DNA of 40,629 nt from an uncultured bacterium (lineage in GTDB: Bacteria; Armatimonadota; Abditibacteriia; Abditibacteriales; Abditibacteriaceae), in NCBI GenBank assembly GCA_963843795.1, contig CAWJLW010000003.1:1-40629 (forward strand). Reading direction: 5' to 3'. Under the pieces are notes generated by a model. The model was not told the DNA's origin and ran no database searches. It saw only the letters and a list, made by a program, of their open reading frames with translations. Of this stretch, positions 28,248-36,590 are shown one piece after another (the first letter of the stretch is position 1; every line of letters starts with the position of its first letter). The translations under genes were made by a program, and so were the position numbers.

Positions 28248-28844
28248 TTATTGCTGAGCGGCTTGAATGGCTTGGCGCAAGGTGTGAGCGCGATGCACAC
28301 CCGACAACATCTGGTTGCCAATGACAAAGGTGGGGACCGAGTGAATGCCCAGGTCGTTGGCGTGCCGCAACGCCGCTTGGTGAGCCGCGCGATAACGATG
28401 CTCTTCCAGCGACCGGCGAAATTCGCTCGCCTCTAGACCAACCTCTTGCGCCAGTTGCATTAGCACTTCAAGGTTGCCGATGTCCTGATTCTCCTGAAAG
28501 AACGCGTGCAACAAGCGGTCGTTATAAGCCGTGGCCATTTCCGGTCCACAGGCTCTGGCGTGCTGATAGCCCTCGAATGCCAGTGCGGTGTAGGGCTGGG
28601 GAGAAACTGTGGGCAGTTGAATCTCCACGCCCAATTCCTTCGCCATCGGATACACCGAGCGATTCCACACTGTCGGCAAGTACGGGTCTTCGGGCCGCAG
28701 CGTCGGTTCGGGATAGGGACGAAGTTCAAACGGCATCCACTCGATTTCGACATCTTGTCCCTGGATTGCTTCCTGCAAGGGTGCTTTAGCCAGCAGGCAA
28801 AAAGGGCACACATAATCCGAATAAACTTCAATCTTGATGGGCAT
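28248..28844 (-). CDS. DsbA family oxidoreductase (FrnE-like)
   Basis: IEVYSDYVCPFC, WMPFELRP, GIHSVPTF. RBS AAGGAGGA before ATG 28844. Confidence 0.93.
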   Translation of the reverse strand: MPIKIEVYSDYVCPFCLLAKAPLQEAIQGQDVEIEWMPFELRPYPEPTLRPEDPYLPTVWNRSVYPMAKELGVEIQLPTVSPQPYTALAFEGYQHARACGPEMATAYNDRLLHAFFQENQDIGNLEVLMQLAQEVGLEASEFRRSLEEHRYRAAHQAALRHANDLGIHSVPTFVIGNQMLSGVHRAHTLRQAIQAAQQ

Positions 28845-28872
28845 AGTCCTCCTTTGGCTCACACTATTGCCT

Positions 28873-28965
28873 GTTCATGGTCGCCAGTTCTTTCATGGTC
28901 GCCAGTTCATGGTCGCCAGTTCACATTTGCCTCATGATCTGCGCTCCAAATGTCTGCGCTCCAAA
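28873..28965. repeat. two short tandem repeats (atggtcgccagttc x3; tctgcgctccaaa x2)
   Basis: Read directly, upstream of the DsbA gene. Confidence 0.85.
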
Positions 28966-29029
28966 ACCTGTTGTATGGGCTTCCAAAGCTTCATAATTCC
29001 TCTGAAATTCTAAGAGCCTGTCTTCATAA

Positions 29030-29924
29030 CTACTTGTATCGAAAAGGTGGTTCGTCATTTGGAGCTGGTTTTAAACGTCGGAGCCAGCGATGGAGAGAAG
29101 CGACTTGTAAAGTGGCTCGACTACAAGCAGTGCTTTGTTCATAGTCACGACTCAACCGTCGATAACGGCCCCAACATCCAAAGGGTTGCTCAATCAACCA
29201 ACGCTTGAAGATCGGACAAAAACCCTTTTGCCCTTCTTCTGGCAGCTTAATATCCAGTGTCCAGCCGAACTGGGCTTGCACGCCCGCTTCAAAATCCACT
29301 CCGCTAAAGCCCTGATCGGCCCCAATGCGGGTGATCTTCTGGCTCCAGGAAGCGTTTTTGGCTTTGGTCAACAGCAGCAAAGCGCCCGCAGCAGCAAAGC
29401 GCCCGCAGCAGCAAAGCGCCCGCAGCAGCAAAGCGCCCGCAGCAGCAAAGCGCCCGCTCGCTCTCCGGTATTGGCAGGCACCACCACACTTTCGAGCCAG
29501 TTGCCGCCACAATCGCTCAGAGTGAAGCGCTTGCGCCCCTTGATTCTTTTGTTGCCATCAAATCCTCTGTCCCCCCTTTTTCGGTAGTGGGCACGCTTTG
29601 CGAGTCGATTATCGCCGCGCTGGGAATCGCGGTGCGACCCTGAACTTAGCGCATATCCAAGCGCAACTCCTCCAAAACCGCGTCCCATACTCCGCTGCGC
29701 TGCCAGCGCCAAAAGCACGAATACACACTCTTCCAGTGCGGATATTCTGTGGGTAGGTAACGCCACTGGCATCCTGTGCGATGAACATAAAAGATCGCGT
29801 TCAGAATCCCACGTCGCGAAAGTCGACCGCTGCGGCCTATGGCTGCGCGTAAAATCGGAGCGATGAACTCCCACTGCTCATCGCTCAAATCGCTGGGATA
29901 AACTTGTTTTTTAGGGCCAGACAT
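29030..29924 (-). pseudogene. IS5 transposase, inactivated
   Basis: YPSDLSDEQW, TGCQWRYLP, AAIIDSQSV, IKGRKR, ADQGF, KRWLIE, RRLSRDYE. In-frame TAA at 29646-48, AAAAAGGGGGG frameshift site, and frameshifting 17-bp x5 expansion. Confidence 0.92.
29372..29456. repeat. perfect tandem repeat 5 x 17 bp (cagcagcaaagcgcccg)
   Basis: Counted directly. Lies inside the transposase. Confidence 0.97.
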
Positions 29925-30211
29925 AACACCAAGTTTATAACATCAAACCTTATGAAGACAGGCTCTAACCTACCGATCTGAAAGTCGAACCTTCTGAGTG
30001 AACCCCTTTGCGGTCATTTTCGGGAAGACGGTCGTCATAGCGTTTGTTGATGCTGGTCTTCATTACGTAATGCCTAACTGAAAATCCCCATACGCGACTG
30101 GAATGAAATAGGGGTATAAGGTCACGACCCCTGAACCTCGGTCACGACGGTCTATCACACTTTTGCGAAAGCGAATTTGCGATTCTCCTATTGCCGGCTA
30201 ACCCCAGATAT

Positions 30212-30628
30212 AAGGCCACTACCTATACAGCGAAATGCTTCGATCAACCGCCTTTTATCTGCTTTTATTTGTCACTCAAAATAACGAAAATAGAAAAGAG
30301 ATTTTAAAGCGATTATCCCTAGAAATCAACAAGTTGATTGGCAAGTGGCGATAGTATTTGGCAGAATAAGTAAAAATATATTTCGTTTATGTAAAGGAAT
30401 TTACACAAATATTCATTGATTTCATTTACAATAAGCCATCTGCGCTTCCTGCAGTCACTTTCGATTGAGGAGACATCCCATATGGCCGAAGAACTGTCAA
30501 TCAGTGATCTATTGACGGGTGGCAATCTGAAGGGCAAATTGCTGGCTTTGATACCGGCAGTATTTTCCGACAATGCCAAAGAAAAGCTGCTCAAAGAACT
30601 GGCTCAAGGTAAAGGTATCGCTGAGGTA
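30212..30628 (+). repeat. degenerate direct repeat copy B (AT-rich upstream region plus first ~49 codons)
   Basis: Colinear with 1590-2007. Confidence 0.95.
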
Positions 30629-31012
30629 CATACCAAGGCGGGACTCAAAAGCGAACCGCCGAAGAATTTCGAAAAGCGCAAATGCCTTTTCGGGCAGATG
30701 ACACTGGCCGAAGATGGGCATTGGACGTGCTTCGCGGTTTGGGAGTCAGAGTGCAAGTTGTTTCAAGGCACGCTGCGTGTGGTTCCTGATGCGGATCCCG
30801 CTCACACCGTTTTATCTCTGGCCATGGCTTCTCCGCCGGGCACAACGGCTACAACCTTCACAATCGTCGATATGTATTTCAAATTTGACCATGATGGTCA
30901 GAATTTGAAACTCACGATTGCTGGTGAGCTGGGAGTTTCTTATCGCGACAAAAATGACGCGGTGCGCACCATTAAATTCACGACTCGCAAAGATAAAATC
31001 CTCGGATTATAA
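30482..31012 (+). CDS. hypothetical protein (176 aa)
   Basis: RBS GAGGAG before ATG 30482. The same start is conserved in the paralogous remnant at 1834. Confidence 0.8.
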   Translation: MAEELSISDLLTGGNLKGKLLALIPAVFSDNAKEKLLKELAQGKGIAEVHTKAGLKSEPPKNFEKRKCLFGQMTLAEDGHWTCFAVWESECKLFQGTLRVVPDADPAHTVLSLAMASPPGTTATTFTIVDMYFKFDHDGQNLKLTIAGELGVSYRDKNDAVRTIKFTTRKDKILGL

Positions 31013-31129
31013 GGCGTTTTGACTTAAATCGAATATGAGTGAGTCAGTTTGAAAAGCAGTGAATTCCCCATACGGGTTGTTGTGACAACAAACGGACGCT
31101 TGCAAAAATCAAATTTGGAGGAGCGCGCA

Positions 31130-31948
31130 ATGGCAGGTCAAAAGCTTTGGTTACGAACTCCGCATCTGCAGGGCAGCCAAGTCCGGGCTGTGCAGCAAGC
31201 CTTGAGCAAAGCGGGCATTGAAGTTGTGGTGGATGGTGACTTTGGACCGCAAACTGAAAAAGCGGTCAAAGAATTTCAGCGTCAGCACGCTTTGCTCGTC
31301 GATGGTGTTGTCGGGCCCGTAACGGGCGCAGCTCTGGGGTTGGCCATCGAGGATTCCAGTGATCAAGAATTGTTAAAAAGCGGCCTGCATCCCAATGCTT
31401 CGGATGCCTTGCGGCGGCTGGGTATCTCCTCGAATCGCATCATGCAAACCATTGGTAACGCTCCCGCGAGTGCGGGAACCCATGCGCCAGAGCCGGGTAG
31501 CGATGGTGGACCAGCGTATCGCGTGCAGGGCAACACGTATTGTGCTGCGGTTGATTTGCGCTCCAAAGATTTGAGCGGGTCAGAGATTCGAGATTTGCTG
31601 GAAGGTCTGGCGCGTGAAGGTTTTGCGGCCTGGCAGCGCCAGCCCGGACGAGATGGCTGGCCCGAAGATGAAGTGGTGCATATTCACGCGGTTTACGCGG
31701 GCTGCCCAATGAAAAGAGTGTTGCGCCGCCAAGTGCAAGATTTTCTCGAAGGCAAGAACGGCTTGGCCAGCCATCGCGATTACGAATATTTTTCGCCCAG
31801 CAAGGAGGCTCTCCATCAGGTGAGCAGTTTTTTTGAAGCCAACACCCTGACGGCGGGTGGAATGCCTACGGGCCAAATCGTGGATGAAGATCCCGAGATT
31901 CACCAGGACCACAAGCATCTCGAAGACGATGCATCAGCGACGCTGTGA
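31130..31948 (+). CDS. peptidoglycan-binding protein with putative Zn-peptidase domain (endolysin-like)
   Basis: N-terminal PG_binding_1 (VRAVQQAL..VDGDFGPQTEKAVKEFQ..L.VDGVVGPVT). C-terminal SAGTH...AVDL...GFAAW.R...HIHAV gives H-D-H ligands. RBS GGAGGAG. Confidence 0.82.
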   Translation: MAGQKLWLRTPHLQGSQVRAVQQALSKAGIEVVVDGDFGPQTEKAVKEFQRQHALLVDGVVGPVTGAALGLAIEDSSDQELLKSGLHPNASDALRRLGISSNRIMQTIGNAPASAGTHAPEPGSDGGPAYRVQGNTYCAAVDLRSKDLSGSEIRDLLEGLAREGFAAWQRQPGRDGWPEDEVVHIHAVYAGCPMKRVLRRQVQDFLEGKNGLASHRDYEYFSPSKEALHQVSSFFEANTLTAGGMPTGQIVDEDPEIHQDHKHLEDDASATL

Positions 31949-31988
31949 CTTTTCTGACCCTTGTGACCTTTCTGACCCTTCCGACCTT
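31944..31988. repeat. imperfect tandem repeat ~2.5 x 18 bp (tgtgacctttctgaccct)
   Basis: Read directly. Confidence 0.8.
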
Positions 31989-32095
31989 GCAAATATGACC
32001 TTTATGGCCTCAAAAACAGCCTGCAAGTACTTGCCAGGTCATTGGGTAATTGCCCGCCTCGCCTTGCTTGAGATCAATGTTTGAAGAGCAATTCC

Positions 32096-34207
32096 ATGAA
32101 CTCCAAGCCAGAAAAAAATCGGAAAAAGCCTTCTGCTTCTTCACGCAGCAGCGCCCGCGGTACCAGCGAATCGGCACCCAAAACCACACGGCCCGAAGCT
32201 TCTGAGCGTCGTGAGCCCGAAGCCAAGCGGACCGTCAGCGAAAAAATTGATCGCCCTTTGGACGCTTTTCCCGATCGGATCGATGTGCGGGATTGGTTTT
32301 ATCAACCCCGCCTTTCCCCGTTGCCCAATCAGTTGATTAACATCGATCGTGTGCCCTTGATTCTAGATCAGGGTGCTGAGGGCGCCTGTACTGGCTTTGC
32401 GCTGGCGGCGGTGGTGAATTTTTTGTTGGCGGGGCGCAAAATTCAACGGTCTGTCAGTCCGCGCATGCTGTATGAAATGGCCCGCCGTTACGACGATTGG
32501 CCTGGAGAAGGCTATGAAGGTTCTTCGGCGCGAGGTGCCATGAAGGGCTGGATCGGCCATGGGGTTTGTCCGTGTGAGTCCTGGCCGATCGAATTGCAGG
32601 GCGTTGAAAATTTCACTCCCGCAATTGCTGACGAGTCCCGGGGCACACCCGGAGGTGCTTACTTTCGGGTTTCGCATCGCGAGATTCGCGATATGCACGC
32701 CGCCCTCAATGAAGTCGGCATTCTCTATGCGACCCTTATGGTGCACAGTGGTTGGGCCAAACCGGGTCCCTCTTCGGTCACCCTTTCCTATGGTGAAGAA
32801 GACAATCTGCGAGAAGTGGAGTTACCCGTTATCGAGCGCATGGGACGCGCTGATGGCGGACATGCTATCGCGATTGTGGGCTACACGCAGGACGGTTTCG
32901 TGGTCCAGAATTCTTGGGGACAGGAGTGGGGGTACCAGGGATTTGCTCTTTTGCCCTACGAAGATTATTTGCTTCACACCACCGATGTGTGGGTGGCGCA
33001 GCTGGGCGTTCCCATCGCTATCGATTTGTGGAGAAGCGGTGGCGCCGACAGTATGCAGGGCTTGCAACGCGCGGCCAGAGCGATTCCTCTGAGCGAAATC
33101 CGGCCTTATGTGATGGATGTGGGTAACAATGGCGAGCTTTCCCGTTCGGGCCAATATTGGACGACTGAAGAAGATTTGCGGCGTTTGTTTCAAGAAGAGA
33201 TTCCCCACCAGACCAAAGGATGGAAAAAGAAGCGCGTCATGCTGTATTTGCATGGCGGTCTCAACGACGAATCGGTCGTGGCACGGCGCATTGTCGCATT
33301 TCGGGATGTGCTGCTGGCCAACGAGATTTACCCACTGCATATCATGTGGGAATCGGGGCACGTGGAAGTGCTCAATCAGATGCTGTCCGATGTTTTTACC
33401 GATGTCGACGATCGTGCTGGGGGCGTCGCCGAATGGTTCGCCAGATTGCGCGAAGGCTTGACCGAAGCCAAAGACCTTTCGCTCGAATTAACGGTTTCAG
33501 CAGCGGGCACCGCCTTGTGGCGGGAGATGAAAGAAAACGCCCGTTTGTCTTCGGTTCATCCCGACCATAAAGGCGGGATGCAGATCCTGGCACGCCAGGC
33601 GAAAGCCGCAATGGCAAAGCTGAGTGCGACAGACAAAAAAGAGTGGGAGCTTCATGTGGTCGGTCACAGCGCCGGTTGCATCTACTCGGCGTATGCGATG
33701 CGCCATCTTATCGATCTGGGCATCAATTTTAAAAGCTTGCAATTGATGGCACCGGCAATTCGCGTCGATGAGTTTAAAAAGGAACTCTTGCCTCACATCC
33801 ATAGCGGTGCCTGTCCACAACCCACACTTTATATTCTGAGCGATGTGGGCGAGCGCGATGACACGACCGGCCCCTATGGCAAGTCGCTGCTGTATCTGGT
33901 GAGCAACGCTTTTGAGGGCGCGCGAGATACCAAATTGTTGGGGATGGAGCGCTTCATCAGCAACCAGAATGTGAAGGGCAAGCAAGAAGCGGACAGTGAA
34001 CTGGCGGCTCTGTTTGCCAAACCCGTCAATGGTCTGCCTTCGTTGGTTATAGCGGGCGTAGATGGTGGGCCGCTGAGCACATCGCGCAGCGACTCGCATG
34101 GAGGTTTCGACAACGATGAGTGGACGCTCAACTCCATTCTGCGCCGTGTTCTGGGCGGAAAAACAGAGCCGAAGCGTGTTTTTGATATGCGCGATCTTCA
34201 ATACTGA
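32096..34207 (+). CDS. C1 (papain-like) cysteine peptidase fused to alpha/beta hydrolase domain
   Basis: DQGAEGACTGFA, GGHAIAIVGY and QNSWG give the Cys-His-Asn triad. LYLHGGLN, GHSAG and SHGGFDND are hydrolase motifs. Confidence 0.92.
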   Translation: MNSKPEKNRKKPSASSRSSARGTSESAPKTTRPEASERREPEAKRTVSEKIDRPLDAFPDRIDVRDWFYQPRLSPLPNQLINIDRVPLILDQGAEGACTGFALAAVVNFLLAGRKIQRSVSPRMLYEMARRYDDWPGEGYEGSSARGAMKGWIGHGVCPCESWPIELQGVENFTPAIADESRGTPGGAYFRVSHREIRDMHAALNEVGILYATLMVHSGWAKPGPSSVTLSYGEEDNLREVELPVIERMGRADGGHAIAIVGYTQDGFVVQNSWGQEWGYQGFALLPYEDYLLHTTDVWVAQLGVPIAIDLWRSGGADSMQGLQRAARAIPLSEIRPYVMDVGNNGELSRSGQYWTTEEDLRRLFQEEIPHQTKGWKKKRVMLYLHGGLNDESVVARRIVAFRDVLLANEIYPLHIMWESGHVEVLNQMLSDVFTDVDDRAGGVAEWFARLREGLTEAKDLSLELTVSAAGTALWREMKENARLSSVHPDHKGGMQILARQAKAAMAKLSATDKKEWELHVVGHSAGCIYSAYAMRHLIDLGINFKSLQLMAPAIRVDEFKKELLPHIHSGACPQPTLYILSDVGERDDTTGPYGKSLLYLVSNAFEGARDTKLLGMERFISNQNVKGKQEADSELAALFAKPVNGLPSLVIAGVDGGPLSTSRSDSHGGFDNDEWTLNSILRRVLGGKTEPKRVFDMRDLQY

Positions 34208-34333
34208 CAAATTACAAGAGTTGAATGAGGGCGCAATCATACAATTTTGCGTAAATAAATCAAGGTCTGATAGTGACGGTTTCTCGAGGAGATAATCATC
34301 CCCTAAGTCATTCCATAAACTAGGAGGACATAA

Positions 34334-34996
34334 ATGTTAGAAACGCAACCCGTAACGCACACTGGAGACTCGTATCAAGATGCTAATTACGAGCACTTGC
34401 AGCTCGAAAATCAGAAATTGAGATTTGAAATTGGGCAACTTACTAAACCCAAAAGTTGGACGGATCGTGTCGAGAAATTTCTGCCAGTATTGACAGCTTT
34501 GATAGCTGTTGCAGGTTTCTGGTTTGGCGTCTACCAATTTCATCAACAAGAGAAAAACATCGCAGCAAATATGGCTCGCCAGCAACAGGAACGGTTAGCA
34601 AACTTCCAAAATGAACTGAAAAGAGCCAGCGATAGTAAGGAGTTAGAACTGCGGAAACCGTTTTGGGAAAAACAACTCGAATATTACTTTGCTGCATCCG
34701 CTGCAGCGGCTACGATCGCCACCTCAAAAGAGCCGCAGACGGTGAAAAAAGCAAAGGCAAAGTTCTGGGATCTCTACTGGGGCCCTCTGGCTATAGTTGA
34801 AGACGCTGGAATGAAAAAACCTGAGGACGCAGTGGTGGAAGGAGCGATGGTCCTATTTGGTAATTGCTTCGATGGCACAGATGTGTGTAATGAGCAGGAG
34901 ATAAAGCAACGCTCATTATCGCTGGCTCACAAGTGCCGTGCCTCAGTGGGCAAATCTTGGGAAGTCAAGTTCGCAGACTTGGATAATAAAAAATAA
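34334..34996 (+). CDS. hypothetical single-TM membrane protein
   Basis: Strong RBS AGGAGG. TM FLPVLTALIAVAGFWFGVY followed by a coiled-coil. Lower GC than the eCIS genes. Confidence 0.85.
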   Translation: MLETQPVTHTGDSYQDANYEHLQLENQKLRFEIGQLTKPKSWTDRVEKFLPVLTALIAVAGFWFGVYQFHQQEKNIAANMARQQQERLANFQNELKRASDSKELELRKPFWEKQLEYYFAASAAAATIATSKEPQTVKKAKAKFWDLYWGPLAIVEDAGMKKPEDAVVEGAMVLFGNCFDGTDVCNEQEIKQRSLSLAHKCRASVGKSWEVKFADLDNKK

Positions 34997-35465
34997 CTTT
35001 TATTTTCGAAGACCAGCTTATTTTGGATAAGATGCACGGATCTGACGCTGAGCTACGACTGTATGGCGCCAATTTTCAACCCAAGAAAGACAAAGAACTG
35101 GTGAATTTAAAGTACAAGTCGGCGGCCCTCGCATTTTCCTGTCGGCAGTCACTGGCCCGTGCTTGGCTTATTTCCTCGGGCGAGATCAAAGTTCGAGTTC
35201 CCCAAAAGATCAAAAACACCGAGCTGCCTCCAGGGTAACAGCAACAATCTACTTACTCACCGACCTGCTGAAAGTATCGCAATTGAAGCGTTTTCAACAT
35301 GGACGATACGGTGAGCAGTGCAAGAATGAGCGCTGTGGTTTTAAAATCTGAGCAACGTTCGATAATCAGGTAATTCTCACGGTCTTCATCCCAAGATTTT
35401 TCCATTGAGTTGTAAAGCCTCATACTTTCACAATGAGGAGCAAGACAATTTTAGCATTGAGCAGA

Positions 35466-35740
35466 TGACCTGCCCCACGTAAGTAGTCCAGTTTCTGGTT
35501 GGATGTTGAACTGACTGATCTGCCTCCAGAAAGTATCTCAATCAAAAAGTCAGACTGCGGCCTTTTTCAGCCGTTGTTGCTGTGACCAAACGGCCTCAAA
35601 TTTTCTGGCGTTTGATTATTCAGCAGGCCGGACGCTGTTATTATTCCCCCCCCCTCCATCCCCCTTTCCTTCTTTTCTTCCGAACCAGTTTTAACCCAAC
35701 ACTCGCCCCCCCCTTTTCATTTATGGTTTCTCTCATTCCT
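35466..35740 (-). mobile_element. IS3 family remnant (right end and 3' end of orfB)
   Basis: Terminus tgacctgccccacgtaagtagtcca resembles IS3/IS407 ends. Minus strand gives fragments NSVRP..LNNQTPE..FEAVW and EC..NWFR, resembling the integrase-core C-terminus. Confidence 0.6.
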
Positions 35741-36240
35741 TTTCTTTTCTCCCGCACGAGAACCCACTATTCCTCTCTGCCCCCCCCTACCCTCTCCCCC
35801 TCCTCCTCCCCCCCCTCTTCCCACCAAGTCTTTCCCCCACCCACCCCGCTCACCTCCTCCCACCACACATCCCACGACACCCCGGCACAGAACCTTGCTA
35901 AACTTTTTTAATGGGAGATAAAACCCCCTCTGGGTTTCAGACGAAAAAAGAAATTCCCCTCTCCCCCAACCACCCATAATAAGATCTCTTTTATTATATT
36001 ATTTTCTTCCATCACACATATCACAGACCCCTCCCCCCAAAAAAAAAAAAAAGAAAAGAAGAAAAAAAAAAAAAAAAAATAAAAACAAAACACTATCATC
36101 AAAACAAAAAAAACAGGAGAAATACCTTCCATAAGAAGAAATATACGAGGGCTATCACTTCTTCTTCCGTACAACCAGCCACCCTAAAACTCTTATCTAT
36201 CGGCCCGGGCTTCCCCCCTTCCCTTATTGTAAGAAGCAGG
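35645..36240. other. low-complexity poly-C/poly-A patch, probable low-quality sequence or gap fill
   Basis: Abrupt loss of G and long homopolymer runs, between two IS3 fragments. Confidence 0.75.
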
Positions 36241-36264
36241 CACACGGCACTCTGCGAGGCCATT

Positions 36265-36465
36265 TGGTCTGCACCCCAGAATATGATCCACTGAGTTGCC
36301 GGAGCCTCATACTTCAAATGAGGTGCAAAACATGAAAACAGGACAGTTTAGCGACGAGCAGATCGTGGCCATTTTACAGAAAGCGGCCAAGGGCGAGAAG
36401 ACGATCAGTGCCTTGTGCCAGGCAAAAGAGATTTCTGAAGCGACCTTTTACGCTTGGCGCAATAA
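36265..36465 (+). mobile_element. IS3 family (IS407-like) left end with truncated orfA
   Basis: Terminus tggtctgcaccccagaatatgatcca. From ATG 36332: MKTGQFSDEQIVAILQKA...LCQAKEISEATFYAWRNK (HTH_Tnp_1), after which similarity stops. Confidence 0.85.
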
Positions 36466-36590
36466 GTTACATAACCGAACAAAAAGCACCGCCAGCTATA
36501 GTAAAGCTACGAAAGTTCACTTGCCAGCTCTCAAAAAATGCGCAATGATGGTCTGGACTGGTGAGAAAGTGTCAACGGCGGGAGTAAAAT

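Larger units (their letters stand above)
29014..29965 (-). mobile_element. IS5 family (IS1031-like) insertion sequence
   Basis: Perfect 16-bp TIRs gagcctgtcttcataa / ttatgaagacaggctc. TAA target duplication at 29011-13 and 29966-68. Contains transposase motifs. Confidence 0.95.

Noticed and set aside
29372..29456. CRISPR or repeat-protein ORFs (RALCCCGRFAAAGALLL)
   Set aside because: Spacer-less 17-bp expansion inside a transposase. The odd peptides are frame by-products.
35582..36317. Pro-, Gly- or Phe-rich ORFs
   Set aside because: Translations of homopolymer-rich, probably erroneous sequence.
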